NCBI GenBank assembly: GCA_002269645.1
Contig: NIVC01000717.1
Span: 310,001 to 374,000, forward strand
Source of the DNA: Macrostomum lignano
Taxonomy: Eukaryota
Length of the DNA stretch: 64,000 nt
Direction of reading: 5' to 3'
How positions within the stretch are numbered: the stretch's first letter is position 1; the number at the start of each line of letters is the position of its first letter. Below the pieces are notes generated by a model. It was given only the letters and a program-made list of their open reading frames with translations. It did no database searches and had not been told where the DNA came from. This document shows, in pieces, positions 12,703 through 27,050 of this stretch. A program made the translations under genes and the position numbers.

Positions 12703-13237
12703 CTGGAAGCAATCATTATTGGCACTGTTTGTGGAACGTGGCTTATACAAACTATGAAGGTCATTGGTTTCACTTTTCCGAAATTTTACTACTGTCAATT
12801 GTGTGTTGTCTGGGCTTTCGGAGAACAGAAAACGCTAAAAAGACACTATTTAAACTAGACCAAAAATGCAATAATTAGGCTCAGGAAGTCTACGCTTCTT
12901 GCTAAAGAAAACACTGCAACCTTGGAAAGGGGAATTTCAGGGCCGGAGAGGAGCACAAATTTGATCAGTTCAGTGCGCTCAAACTGCTGCGTTTACTCAA
13001 CCAGGGACTAGCAGCTATAGATTCAATTACTGCTGCCTCTGACTCTGGCTGCCCGACCATTGATCGGAGTTTGCCAAGGAAATATTATCCTCAATCAGTC
13101 AGTCAGACCTGACCTGCATTGCTATGACTGTGTGCTGTAATTTTGACTGGCTGCACCTGTCTCGGAGCTGCCCGTCTGCCTGGGCGCTGATGACCTTTTA
13201 TAGCTTGCTTTATAGGGAAGCAGTGTGAGGCCATTGT

Positions 13238-13680
<443 letters not shown>

Positions 13681-13704
13681 AATCATCAATCTTCAATCAC
13701 CAAC

Positions 13705-14204
13705 CTCATCAGTTGAGCCTCCTCCAAAATGCTGGCCTCAGTAAAGGACTTCCCAAATCCGAAGTCTCTCAGCGTTCGCAGAGTGAATCGCCGGTAGTCT
13801 CTCCAGACGGGCCCGTCGATGAAGACCAGGCCGCCGGTTTCCCCCACCAGACTGTCGCCCAGCAGCTTGGGCCGGCCCGCAAACACCTCGGCCTGAGCTG
13901 AGTAGGCCTCCCGGATCGCCCTAGCGGAATTCAGGCAGTACACTCGCTGACTGCCGAAGTACAGCAGGACAACATCGTTTCTAGAAAATTTCTCGGCCAA
14001 AAATTTGTACAACGGATGCCGGACGTGAAGCAGGCTGCCCAATAGAGGGAAACTTCCCGGACTGGGAGCTTCGATTAGGCGACGGGTTCGGCGCCTTGAA
14101 CTAAACTTACCATTCTGGTCTGATCCACTTCCGGTGTAGCGTCTCAACAGTAGGACAAGGCCCAAGAGACTTGCTAGCGCGAGCAGAGCAGATACTAGAA
14201 ACAT
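13705..14204 (-). CDS. CYP2: Cytochrome P450 (CYP2 clan), exon 1 of 3
   Basis: ATG 14204; membrane anchor MFLVSALLALASLLGLVLLL, proline hinge PSPGSFPLLG, C-helix WRDYRRF, LRDFGFGK. Donor AG|GTTGGT at 13704. Confidence 0.9.
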
Positions 14205-16133
14205 TATTGCACTCACTGTTATTGAGCAACCGGTGTTGTCTCTACAGGTCAAGTCGCATCTAGCTTATATATACAGCTGAATTCATGGTTGCCAACTCGT
14301 GTCGTACTTTTGGTGCAAACTGAACTCAAGTAAGTCCTTCTTGTGTCACCCATAACTTATAGCTTGTTTAGTGCTATGTGGATTAGTGGACGGCCATGCA
14401 AAGTGTCCGAGCACTTGAGTGCTTTCATTTTTGCTTGTTGTTTTCAACATTTCTGTAAGGAGAAAATAGACCAACCAGATCTGTAGACAGAATTATCAGA
14501 GATTGAATCTGAGGCGCAAGTCTTGCTTTTTTCACTTTCTAAACAAAAAAGGTGAAATTTTGTTACCCATTTAAATAGGAAAATCCAGAAAACAAAACTT
14601 ATAAGGTGGAATTTGTCATTCTGCCGAAATAACTGGATGAGACCGGACCTGGGGGGGGGGGGGCGTGACAGCCACTTAAGGAAAGAGGCGGTGCTCAAGA
14701 ACTTGAGAACGGCCGAACTCGGCTCGACTATAGCGATAATTTTTAAAAGAAAGATTTTGAAATAGTAAGATAGCAATGACCAGCTGATAGCAACCATGTT
14801 GGGGGGAATTTCGGTGCAGCCGAACTACTAGTACATTAACTTGAGCTTACGAACTTACCTACGAGCATTTGAAACACTGTTCTTTTTGAAGAATTCCATC
14901 ACAGTTCCATTGCTGCGTGAAGAAAATGTCATGTTCCATAATATTATTCGAATATGCATTGAATTTTTTGAACGGCTGCGGCACTTTTATTTTAGTATAT
15001 AATTTCAGAGATTATAGGTTTTGTACATAGCAGCTGAAAGAAATTCAATATGTCTGATCTTTCTCATCCAATTCTCAGTGTTCGTTCGTTTAGGAACCAC
15101 CATCAAGCTATGGTGATGAATATCAGATCCCAGAGGCTGCTTTCTAAAGACCCTGACAGCCTATTTTGTTGTTGTTGTTGTTTGTTGTTGTTGTTACCGT
15201 TTTGGTTGTATGATGTATGATTTCTCGACCTCAGTTGACCCTCATGTCAACAAAATACATACATAAAGATCATAAATACATCATATTATTAACGTTTTCA
15301 TAGCGTATTTTCGACTAAGTGCAGTAGTTTTCTTACTCAAAGTATTGTAAGATCGCCTCTGCAATGCCACTGGGGAATCTCTACACTAGTATATGGACTT
15401 AGCAATACATCACTTTCGCTGAATATACACTCAGCTCTGGACAAAATGAATAATAAATCAAATCATCGGTGAATAAGGAAAATTAAACGCCGGGATTTTC
15501 TGGGGAGGCGAGAGTAAAGGAAAAGAGGATGGCCCCCCCTAGAGAGGACGCTATTGCGAGAGCTGCGAAGGCAAGAAAGTGAGAAATAGAAGTGCGCCTT
15601 TCAGTTTGACTGAACATTCTGTTAATTTCGTCAGAGTTTTTTAACCCAAGAGGAACACTACTAGAGCTATATAGTACATACAAGGAGATCCATGTAAATT
15701 TTGATGGAGGCTGCTTTTTGTTGAAAAAAAATCAGGAAGTTCCGTTCCAGTTTTAATTAACAAGATTCAGTTAAGAAAAGTTTTGGCTTAACTTCCGTTC
15801 TTCGATTCTGTCTTTCAAGATTTTTATCTATCAAATTGTCTATGGCCAGACCCCTTTTATCGCCATGCAAAAAGTTAATCTTAGCAAAAGCCGTTCATAA
15901 AACATTATGTTTCGAATCTCCAGTCATTTTTTCGGCATACTCGTTTCATTTCGAATTCGGAAGCCCCAAAAAGGTGAGAGATTGGGAATTTAGTACTATA
16001 ATAAAAATTTGAAAACTTCCCTAGCTGCTTCAATTTGTCAAACAATAATCTAAAATTGAGTGTACATGCAGTTCTTCCTTTTTAAGCTATTACAAGCTGA
16101 AAATTTACAATTGTACATCTAAGTTGTGACTTT

Positions 16134-18862
16134 CAGGGGCTTCACCACCGGGGGGACAGGGGGGACCTAGTAAAAGCTATGGGGGACACGCCAATGCTTT
16201 GTCCCCCACCCCACCTTGTGACCCGGTATAAGAAATCAATAATTTTGCTTCAGGACGACATAATATAGCGCCTGTGGCGCTAAAATGAGTGTCTGCGGTG
16301 CTGAAATGAGTGCCTGCGGCGCTAAAATGATTGCCTGCAGCGCTAAAATGAGTGCCTGTGGCGCTAAAATGAGTGTCTGCGGTGCTGAAATGAGTGCCTG
16401 CGGCGCTAAAATGAGTGCCTGCGGTGCTAAAATGAGTGCCTGCGGTGCTAAAATGAGTGCCTGCGGCGCTAAAATGAGTGCCTGCGGCTTTAAAATGAGT
16501 GTCTGCGGCGCTTAAATGAGTGCCTGCGGCGCTAAAATGAGTGCCTGCGGCGCTAAAATGAGTGCCTGCGGTGCTAAAATGAGTGCCTGCGGTGTTAAAA
16601 TGAGTGACTGCGGTGCTAAAATGAGTGCCTGCGGTGCTAAAATGAGTGCCTGTGGCGCTAAAATGAGTGCCTGCGGCGCTAAAATGATTGCCTGCAGCGC
16701 TAAAATGAGTGCCTGTGGCGCTAAAATGAGTGCCTCCGACGCTAAAATGAGTGCCTGTGGCGCTAAAATGAGTGCCTGCGGCGCTAAAATGATTGCCTGC
16801 AGCGCTAAAATGAGTGCCTGTGGCGCCAAAATGAGTGCCTGCGGCGCTAAAATGAGTGCCTCCGACGCTAAAATGAGTGCCTGTGGCGCTAAAATGAGTG
16901 CCTGCGGTGCTAAAATGAGTGCCTGTGGCGCTAAAATGAGTGCCTGCGGCGCTAAAATGAGTGCCTGTGGCGCTAAAATGAGTGCCTGCGGCGCTAAAAT
17001 GAGTGCCTGCGGCGCTAAAATGAGTGCCTGTGGCGCTAAAATGAGTGCCTGCGGCGCTAAAATGAGTGCCTGCGGCGCTAAAATGAGTGCCTGCGGCGCT
17101 AAAATGAGTGCCTCCGACGCTAAAATGAGTGCCTGTGGCGCTAAAATGAGTGCCTGCGGCGCTAAAATGAGTGCCTCCGACGCTAAAATGAGTGCCTGTG
17201 GCGCTAAAATGAGTGCCTGCGGCGCTAAAATGAGTGCCTCCGACGCTAAAATGAGTGCCTGTGGCGCTAAAATGAGTGCCTGCGGCGCTAGAATGAGTGC
17301 CTGCGGCGCTAAAATGATTGCCTGCGGCGCTAAAATGAGTGCCTGCGGCGCTAAAATGAGTGCCTGCGGCGCTAAAATGATTGCCTGCGGCGCTAAAATG
17401 AGTGCCTCCGACGCTAAAATGAGTGCCTGCGGCGCTAAAATGAGTGCCTGCGGCGCTAAAATGATTGCCTGCGGCGCTAAAATGAGTGCCTCCGACGCTA
17501 AAATGATTGCCTGTGGCGCTAAAATGAGTGCCTGCGGCGCTAAAATGAGTGCCTGCAGTGCTAAAATGAGTGCCTGCAGTGCTAAAATGAGTGCCTGCAG
17601 TGCTAAAATGAGTGCCTGCAGTGCTAAAATGAGTTCCTGCGGCGCTAACATGAGTGCCTGCAGTGCTGAAATGAGTGCCTGTGGCGCTAAAATGAGTGCC
17701 TCCGACGCTAAAATGATTGCCTGTGGCGCTAAAATGAGTGCCTGCGGCGCTAAAATGAGTGCCTGCAGTGCTAAAATGAGTGCCTGCAGTGCTAAAATGA
17801 GTGCCTGCAGTGCTAAAATGAGTGCCTGCAGTGCTAAAATGAGTTCCTGCGGCGCTAACATGAGTGCCTGCAGTGCTGAAATGAGTGCCTGTGGCGCTAA
17901 AATGAGTGTCTGCGGTGCTAAAATGAGTGCCTGCGGCGCTAAAATGAGTGCTTGCGGCGCTTAAATGAGTGCCTGTGGCGCTAAAATGAGTGCCTGCGGC
18001 GCTAAAATGAGTGCCTGCGGCGCTAAAATGAGTGCCTGCAAAGCTAAAATGAGTGCCTGCGGCGCTAAAATGAGTGCCTGCAGTGCTAAAATGAGTTCCT
18101 GCGGCGCTAACATGAGTGCCTGCAGTGCTAAAATGAGTGCCTGTGGCGCTAAAATGAGTTTCTGCGGTGCTAAAATGAGTGCCTGCGGCGCTAAAATGAG
18201 TGCTTGCGGCGCTAAAATGAGTGCCTGTGGCGCTAAAATGAGTGCCTGCGGCGCTAAAATGAGTGCCTGCGGCGCTAAAATGAGTGCCTGCGGCGCTAAA
18301 ATGAGTGCCTGCGGCGCTAAAATGAGTGCCTGCAGCGCTAAAATGAGTGCCTGCGGCGCTAAAATGAGTGCCTGCGGCGCTAAAATGAGTGCCTGCGGCG
18401 CTAAAATGAGTGCCTGCAGCGCTAAAATGAGTGCCTGTGGCGCTAAAATGAGTGCCTGCGGCGCTAAAATGAGTGCCTGCGGTGTTAAAATGAGTGCCTG
18501 CGGTGTTAAAATGAGTGCCTGCGGTGTTAAAATAATTGCCTGCAAAGCTAAAATGAGTGCCTGCGGCGCTAAAATGAGTGCCTGCAAAGCTAAAATGAGT
18601 GCCTGTGGCGCTAAAATGAGTGCCTGCGGCGCTAAAATGAGTGCCTGCAGCGCTAAAATGAGTGCCTGCGGCGCTAAAATGAGTGCCTGCAGCGCTAAAA
18701 TGAGTGCCTGCAGCGCTAAAATGAGTGCCTGCGGCGCCAAAATGAGTCCCTGTGGCGCTAAAATGAGCGCTGACAACAGCGATTCTGTTAATAATGTACA
18801 TGTACATGCATATAATTCTTGGCTTTGTCCCCCTGTCATAAAATCCATTACGACGCCCCTTG
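16134..18862 (+). mobile_element. hAT-type MITE copy 2 with about 2.5 kb internal 21-bp minisatellite
   Basis: Left end CAGGGGCTTCACCACC, right end CGACGCCCCTTG; subterminal sequences match copies 1 and 3. No clean TSD found. Confidence 0.8.
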
Positions 18863-18981
18863 CTGGTGACCGACATAACAGCAGAAATTTAGTTTCTAAA
18901 TTCGGCGTGCTTTACAATTAAGTGGCGTAACTTTCATGGTCCCATATAATATACATGTATATAGCCAATATATACCCAAGT

Positions 18982-19150
18982 GGGAATTTTAGCCTGGCGG
19001 TTAGAGCGTCGGAGTCACGACTGAACAGTCGGGGGTTCGATTCTTGACCCACTTGGAACTATTTGTGTCCTTGAGCATGAAGACACTTAACTCTGCATTG
19101 CTTCAGCTTGCACCCAGCTGTAAAATCGGTGCCAGCATTTAATTTGGGTA
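18982..19150 (+). mobile_element. tRNA-derived CORE-like SINE, 3'-truncated copy
   Basis: TAGCCTGGCGG...GGTTCGATTC...GACACTTAACTCTGCATTGCTTCAG...CCAGCTGTAAAAT matches the 10577 copy. Confidence 0.8.
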
Positions 19151-21314
19151 ATAGTTATGGAGATAATACTAGTAATAATTATTACTAAGGACTACTAGAC
19201 GTAACAGCGTTATAAAAATACACTAATTCAATATGTTTAACAATCTAGAAAGCTTTTGACAACTTAATAATAAGATTTCACTTAATTGCAGTAGTGTAAT
19301 TTTACATGGGTCAAAACATTTGCGTTCAATTAACAAGCTTTTAATTGCAGTCAACATCAACTAAAGAACAGGTGTGTTAACACTGATTTTTTCACTCAAG
19401 CAATTGGTGTGTAGCGATGTTGCTTCAAGAGAACCATAATACGATATTTAAAGTGCTTCTGCAAAAAGTCTACAGAGTATGGTGTGGTATATAACAGGAC
19501 CATTGGTTCAGTGGGGCAGGATGTGCCCTCGCATAGCGTTGTGTGCAGTGTGGTTGCCGTGAACGAATTGAATCAATACAATTATGGGCTTTATTTGCCA
19601 TCGGCTGCTAAGTTAAGTCAACTTTACTCTGAACAACTCTCTTCTACGAAGAACCTCTTTCTCTCTGTCTGCTCTCGATCGTTCAATTTTTCGTCTGTAT
19701 TGACATTTTTAACCAAATTTTACCAAATTTCCTATGTTTCTTAACTTTCTACTAATCAGTAGAGCGAATTGAAAATATTTTAGTTTGGATCGAAACTCGA
19801 TCTGCAGAAACCGCAAAAGCCTTAATTGCAAAGTTGGTATAATCCTCGCTTAATAAGAGTACATGTAAATCCCTGAAATAATAAACAAGGTGTATGCATG
19901 TAGCAATCTGCTTTTATCTAATGCATGCGCGTAGAGCGAAAAATGCTGCTTCCGCTTGTGCATGTTAAACTTTAAAAATTTGTTTATCTGCTGTTGGTCA
20001 TTACTTTTTAAACTACTTTGTTTTGATAAGTGGATTTTTCTGATAATTTTTTTATTTTTATTAATACCCGAATCTAAATAAAGTACAATTGACATATAAA
20101 CAAACAGTGCTATATACAGTTTATTTACGTTATGAGTATCGAGATACACGCATGTAGTCCAAGTAGTGAAAAGTTACAGTGATAAAAAATAAAATAAAAC
20201 TTTGCTGCATTCGTGTACGGAAAATCATTAAAACAAAATAATAAAACAATATTTTCGGTACTAAATTTTGTTTCGGTGTATTTCTTATTTTCTGGTACCA
20301 TCATGCAGCTAATACCCTAAATGTAAAAGAACCGTGACATGTACATATAGAATTATAATCTGAGTTGTAGAAAAAACATTATTAGGTAAAGAACATTTCA
20401 ACATTTGACAGTTATATATGTTAGCTCGAAACTTTTACAGTCAATGGCTTGATACGCATACAGTTTTTAAGGTGTGCTATTTTGTCATTAATAAATGTGA
20501 ATCAATATTTGATCGTCGTCCCTTGCCACACGTCTTAAAATATTGAAATGCGATAATTAGCTAGTTTTTTAAAATCGGGAATAGGTTCATTAACAAACCT
20601 TGAGTTAATCGTGAGTTTCGACGCCCATATGCAGATAAACAAAAAACCCGGCACAAAAATGAACGTTATAACGACCAACTTAGAAACATGAAAATTAAAG
20701 AACTAAATCACTTACTGCGGACAGCTGCATTTATCAAAACCGATTTGAACTTTAACGCTGATGATACATACATGTAGTGAAGGATATGCATTCTTTTGAT
20801 TGGAATTCTTCTTTTAAATCTTTTGGGGAAACTGCTAGGGTTTTTACAAGATATGGAGCTAGACTACAATTAATATCAAAAGGAACAATATGTGTGCTGC
20901 AGACGCAAAATGTTCTGTATTTAAATACGGGAATTGGAATGAAGAAACTGATACAATGTTCAATAACGATTCAGTACTGTACATGCAGTTTTAACCCGCA
21001 TAGAGAATATTTTTGTGTCAATTACACATCTGAAACGCTTAGAAAGATTTTTTCAGTTTTGATTGTCGAAACTTCAGTTGAATTAATACAATATCAAATA
21101 TTAGATTTGATTAGATTGGAAGCCACACAGTTTTCAAGGTGCATGTGGTTGTGTCAGCGGTGCATGGTTTCTTATCAAGTTTTTACCATGCTTGTTGATA
21201 ATTTGTCTGTGCTTGGCTGTGTCTCACTCCAATGCAGTTGATGTAAAAAATAATTACTGACGGTCATTCCGGTTTGATCTTTTCGAGCGTTTCATCGTGA
21301 TACACCTGGCTGAT

Positions 21315-21996
21315 CTACGTCTGCACCTGCCTGAAGATGGCCTCCCTAGCTGGCATCGGCAGGTGTCTGGCCGAGAGTCCGGCCACGTGTCTCAATCTGT
21401 CAGGCTTGCGCGCCATCAGGTCGGCCGATTTGCGCAAAAATCTCCGATTTGTGAGGGCGATAATCACAAAGTTGAAGTAGGAATCGGCTATGATGAATAG
21501 ATTGCCAACAACTCGACTGATCACCACCTTGGCTGTCTCCTCGCCCGAGTCTAGCGCGGCCAGAACCGTAGTCGGAACCTCGCACTGGGCAAAAATCAGA
21601 GCGACTAGCATCACGCGCAGCACCGCCCTGGCTGAGACCTGCGGTCCACCGTTGCCGTTTCCGCTGACGCTCTCGACGGCGCTGCTGTCGCCGCGAGTGA
21701 TGACGCCGCGAACTCTCTGCGACAGTGACAACCTGCGCAATTGGCTGCCGCCCCCTCCGCCGCTGCTACCGCTTGGAGCTGTCAAATCGTCAGCTGTCAA
21801 CAAGTGATGACCGGCTTTGTGACGCAACAGCCTCCAAGAGATCACTAGGGAGATGGTGAAAGCTAGACTGGCTGGTACAGGACCTTGCAGAGCGAATATC
21901 ACAGCATGAATTGTGTCGTGATTGTTCGACAGCAGCTGGATGTAGTGCGGAATCAGGTCCGTTCTCACGTAGATGTTGACTGCTTCGGCTGAGAAT
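21315..21996 (-). CDS. Divergent orphan class A GPCR, exon 2 of 2 (ECL2 to TM7 and tail)
   Basis: Acceptor CCAACCAG|A (phase 2) joins exon 1 in frame. TM5 FALQGPVPASLAF, TM6 ALIFAQCEVP, TM7 NLFIIADSYFNFVII align to the 8554 GPCR. Joined CDS 1278 nt, 425 aa. Confidence 0.8.
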
Positions 21997-22245
21997 CTGG
22001 TTGGGATTTGAAGGCGTTTAAGGAGGCTGTTGGCTAGTTTGTTGAGTTTAATGATACAGAAAAACCTGAATTTCTATTCTTGATGCTTTGAAGATGGCTC
22101 GATACTTGTCATAAGCTCTCGCTAGCTAAATCCTTGATTTCTTACAGACTTGAAGTTTGCCAGAAAGCAAATTTTCTTATTTTTCTTTCACCTTAGCAGA
22201 ACGGTACCGAGATTGCATGAGCAGCTCATTAACGATAATTTAAAC

Positions 22246-23135
22246 CAGGGGGCTCGCTATGGTTTTCATGGTGGGGGAAGGGGGAAGCCAAGAATTCGAC
22301 ATGTACAGACATGAATAAATTCAAACATCCACATTATTTTCAGAATCCGTGTTGTCAGCTCTTATTTAGCGAAGGCATTCATTTTGGCGCCGCAGGCACT
22401 CATTTTAGCACTGCAGGCACTCATTTTAGCACTGCAGGCACTTATTTTAGCACCGCAGGCACTCATTTTAGCACTGCAGGCACTCATTTTAGAACTGCGG
22501 GCACTCATTTTAGCACTGCAGGCACTCATTTTAGCACTGCAGGCACTCATTTTAGCGCCGCAGGCACTCATTTTAGCGCCGCAGACACTCATTTTAGCGC
22601 CGCAGTCACTCATTTTAGCGCCGCAGGCACTCATTTTAGCTCCGCAGGCACTCATTTTAGCGCCGCAGGCACTCATTTTAGCTCCGCAGGCACTCATTTT
22701 AGCGCCACAGGCACTCATTTTAGCTCCGCAGGCACTCATTTTAGCGCTGCAGGCACTCATTTTAGCACCACAGGCACTCATTTTAGCACCACAGGCACTC
22801 ATTTTAGCGCCGCAGGCACTCATTTTAGCACCACAGGCACTCATTTTAGCGCCGCAGGTACTCATTTTAGCGCCACAGGCACTCATTTTAGAACTGCGGG
22901 CACTCATTTTAGCACTGCAGGCACTCATTTTAGCGCCGCAGACACTCATTTTAGCGCCGCAGGCACTCATTTTAGCGCCGCAGGCACTTACTTTTTGGCG
23001 CCCTGAATCAAAATTATTTATTTTTATACCGGGTCCCAAGTTGGAGTGTGGGGAGGTCGACAAAGCATTGGTATGTCCCCCATAGCTTTTACTGGGGAGT
23101 ACATGTCCCCCTGTCCCCCCGTGGTGACGCCCCTG
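22246..23135 (-). mobile_element. hAT-type MITE copy 3 (inverted), inside the GPCR intron
   Basis: TIRs CAGGGGGCTCGC (22246) and GTGACGCCCCTG (23135); near-perfect 8-bp TSD ATTTAAAC (22238-22245) / GTTTAAAC (23136-23143); about 29 units of the 21-mer. Confidence 0.88.
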
Positions 23136-24160
23136 GTTTAAACTGCAGCCAAAAAACACACGACCCACTACATGTGAAAAGATCCACTAACTCCGCTCGT
23201 AGCTGAAGGAGAGCTCAAATAAACAAGAATTATTAACGTCTGTTGAAAAACATGCCACTTAGAATTTAGGTGACACTTGTGGTTTGGATCCAATTAATTA
23301 CACAATAATGCCCACGTGTTGTACGGCAAAATTCTAGTCAGATTAACAAATCTTGTTTTACGATTGCTAAAGCGCTACAGAAATTTCTGACCTCATTGTG
23401 TTTGCGGCCTCACGAAAATATATTGATTCATGCGACCATTGATCTGTGGGTCTGCCAGGGCAAACTGCCAACTTTTTGGGAGTCTTCCCATTTCCTATCT
23501 ACTTCTTGGGGCTAAAAAAGGAATTAAGGAACAAGTTAAATCAATTGCATGGTGGATTGACTGGGAAGGATTAGTCTTGCAGCCATATATTGTATTGTAT
23601 TGTATTGCCTTCTCTGTATTCAACCGATTTTCCCATAAAGAAAAAGGGATCTAATGTATTTCTAAGAAAATCCGCTTAGTCTCAAGAACCTCCTTCGTTC
23701 TTCCTACACCCACACATAAGTTGAAATTTTGTTTTAATTATTTCGCATTGAATGTGGATCAGTCTTAGAGGACGAAATTCTTCAAAAAATCTGCAATGAT
23801 CGAAGAGTTTTTTCTGACGTCAGTCACTGCAAACCAAATGCTTTGAAGTTCTGTTCTGTAAAGTGCAATTTGCTGCGGTTTGACAATAAAAGTTTTTCCC
23901 ACTTGACACTTCTAGCGATCTGCTGACGTGTATCAAAGCAAGCAGCGCAGCGGTAGGCAACACACGTCATCGCAAAAACTGTCAATCTGTCATAACAATG
24001 CATTTGGTTACTTGCTAGGTTTAGATTTAAGCCATGAAGCCCTGAAATTTGTACACGCAATTACGATCAGCTTCAAGCATTGAAGTACTTTTACCTGACG
24101 GAAAATTTCTTCTATGATCAGGCTATGATCAATATCATACTCAAGCAGGCCTGCTCTTAC

Positions 24161-24756
24161 CGGATGCAGTTAGGCACCAGAGCGAAAATGTAACAGGCGG
24201 CAAAGGCGGTCCTGGCTTTGGCGGCTGTCAAGGTGACCCTCGACCGCATCGGCGAAGCGATGGCCACCAAAGTGAGCGTGGTCTTGACCACAATGCAGTA
24301 GTTTCTAGCGAACAGCAGGTAGTTTGTCGAATAGAAAGCCACTAGCAGAGGAATTGGAAAGTACTTTCCGCCCTTTGAAACGCTGGACAGACTGCTGGTT
24401 GTAGTAGCATTTTCGGTAGCATCTTTGATGCTGAACAACGAACTGGACAGGTTGGTGGTGGCATTAATCTGCAGCAGCTGATCGATGCTGCCATCCAAAC
24501 AGGCGGCTCGACTCTCGGCAATGTTCGCCAGCTTCAAGCTTAAACAGGCGCCGCTGCTCAGGCAGACGAGCATCTCCGTGATGACGATGGTTAGGAATCC
24601 CGTAACGCTGTTGGAATCGGATTTCAAACGGTGAAACACGAATGCTGAGAATGCGAATGCCAGGCCAGCTAAGAAGGTGAAGGGAGCCACGACGATGTAG
24701 GGGTAGTACTCAATGTCCAGCAGCCGGCAGAAATGCTCCGCCGAGTTCGGAGCCAT
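24161..24756 (-). CDS. Divergent orphan class A GPCR, exon 1 of 2 (TM1-TM4)
   Basis: ATG 24756 (MAPNSAEH) downstream of an acceptor-like CCTGACAG; TM3 ARNYCIVV aligns to ARNWSIVL of the paralogue. Donor CG|GTAAGA at 24160. Confidence 0.78.
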
Positions 24757-24920
24757 CCCGTGCGATTGGGGTTGTTGCTGACCGCGGGAACGACGAGTTG
24801 TTGAGGCACCTGTCAGGTAATGGATTTTGAACACCTTGAGAAGTATGAAAGATCTATCCTTCCCCAAAGATCTAGCCTTAGAGAGAATTTTTTCTACAAT
24901 TGATTGAGACTATCGATTGT

Positions 24921-25020
24921 TTTTGCAGGGAGCACCCGATGTCTGTGCAGGGAGCACCCGATGTTTAAGCAGGGAGCACCCGATGTTTCTATAGGGAGCA
25001 CCCGATGTTTTTGCAGGGAA
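24921..25020. repeat. Short tandem repeat (GCAGGGAGCACCCGATGT core), about 4 copies
   Basis: Directly visible. Confidence 0.8.
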
Positions 25021-25899
25021 CCTACAAGATTTTCAGATTTACGGAGGCCTTGTTATTGTCTATACTTTACTAAATATTCGTATACCGGAGCTAACGGAGT
25101 GCCCGTGAAAACTCATTCAGTCAACAGTAAAAGTGCAGTCCGTCGCTCCGTTTGCATCCGCCCCCCATCCAACCCCAGTTGGAGAAAATCCCAGCTTAAT
25201 TAATCATCTCTAAAGGAAGAATGTTGAAAATAGAAAAGCAACATGTTTTCCTGGGTTCGCCCTTGTCCCTCTTTACCTCCTGTTTTCGAATCGCATGTCA
25301 GACTAACAAAACTAAAAGCAATATATCAGCAGCTTTGCTAAATTTTATATACGTTGTAGCTACGGAGCCAAATGCGTAAAGTGAGTTGCTGGGTTGTTTT
25401 GGTGTCTGATTGTGAGCGAGGCAACCCAGGGCGGGGGAGCCTGCGCCTTCACTCGAATTAATCCCAGGCAGCTTATCTTGCCGCGTATCAAACAAAATGA
25501 GTAGTCCATCACTTGGCCTCCCGCGTCTACCAAGTCCGATTCTTGAGCCGCCTCCTGCAACCTTCTTTCTTTATTTCTTTCTTTCTTTCATTCCATCTCT
25601 CTTCTCTTTCGCACTTTTGCTGTTTACCAGCGCAAACCGCAGAGCTCCCATTCAATTTTCATTTCCCCTAGAATTGCACACAGAAGACATGCCAACCCGG
25701 ACATTGGGATAGTTTAATGCGCCGAAGTAATGTAATATAATAGTGTAATAAAATTGATTTCTAAGAAATGTTCTCAAAGCTTCAACAGAAAAAATTGTGC
25801 GATAGAAACAATTTTGGGATGAGGTTGATAAAATTTGATTGCTTCTGTGCTTTTTATGGACAAAGCATACAGCTTGAGATTGGGAGAGGCTTAGCGTTA

Positions 25900-27050
25900 A
25901 TAGAAGGGTGAGCTTGAGGGTGAGTGGGAGAGTGAGTAGGAGGGTGAGAAGAAGGGTGAAAGGGAAGATAACAAGGAGGTTGACAAGGGGGTGACAAGGA
26001 GGGTGACAAGGGGGTGACAAGGAGGGTGACAAGGAGGGTGACAAGGAGGGTGACAAGGGGGTGACAAGGAGGGTGACAAGGAGGGTGACAAGGAGGGTGA
26101 CAAGGAGGGTGACAAGGAGGGTGACAAGGAGGGTGACAAGGAGGGTGACAAGGAGGGCGACAAGGAGATTGAGAAGGAAGCTGACGTCCAGGGTGCGAAG
26201 GAGGTGGAGAGGCAGGGAGAGAGGGAAGATGAGACGCAGGGTGAGAGGGAAGATGAGAGGCAGGGTGAAAGGAAAGATGAGAGGCAGGGTGAGAGGGAAG
26301 ATGAGAGGCAGGGTGAGAGGGAATATGAGAGGCAGGAAGAGAGGGAAGATGAGAGGCAGGGTGAGAGGGAAGATGAGAGGCAGGGTGAGAGGGAAGATGA
26401 GAGGCAGGGTGAGACGGAAGATGAGAGGCAGGGTGAGAGGGATGATGAGAGGCATGGTGAGACGGAAGATGAGAGGCAGGGTGAGAGGGAAGAGGAGAGG
26501 CAGGGTGAGACGGAAGAGGAGAGGCAGGGTGAGACGGAAGATGAGAGGCAGGGTGAGACGGAAGATGAGAGGCAGGGTGAGAGGGAAGATGAGAGGCAGG
26601 GTGAAAGGAAAGATGAGAGGCAGGGTGAGAGGGAAGATGAGAGGCAGGGTGAGAGGGAATATGAGAGGCAGGAAGAGAGGGAAGATGAGAGGCAGGGTGA
26701 AAGGAAAGATGAGAGGCAGGGTGAGAGGGAAGATGAGAGGCAGGGTGAGACGGAAGATGAGAGGCAGGGTGAGAGGGATGATGAGAGGCATGGTGAGACG
26801 GAAGATGAGAGGCAGGGTGAGAGGGAAGAGGAGAGACAGGGTGAGACGGAAGAGGAGAGGCAGGGTGAGACGGAAGATGAGAGGCAGGGTGAGACGGAAG
26901 ATGAGAGGCAGGGTGAGAGGGAAGATGAGAGGCAGGGAGATAAGGGAAGATGAGAGGCAGGGTGAGAGGGAAGATGAGAGGCAGGGAGATAAGGGAAGAT
27001 GAGAGGCAGGGTGAGACGGAAGATGAGAGGCAGGGAGAGAAGGGAGAGAC
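25900..27050. repeat. Compound purine-rich minisatellite: 12-bp (GAGGGTGACAAG)n then 24-bp (GAGAGGGAAGATGAGAGGCAGGGT)n
   Basis: Directly visible; overlapping ORFs in all frames are repeat artefacts. Confidence 0.92.

Noticed and set aside
20758-20790. CTGATGA followed by a small hairpin (hammerhead ribozyme core?); similar at about 5798
   Set aside because: No correctly placed GAAA with the G-C closing pair and no stems I/III.
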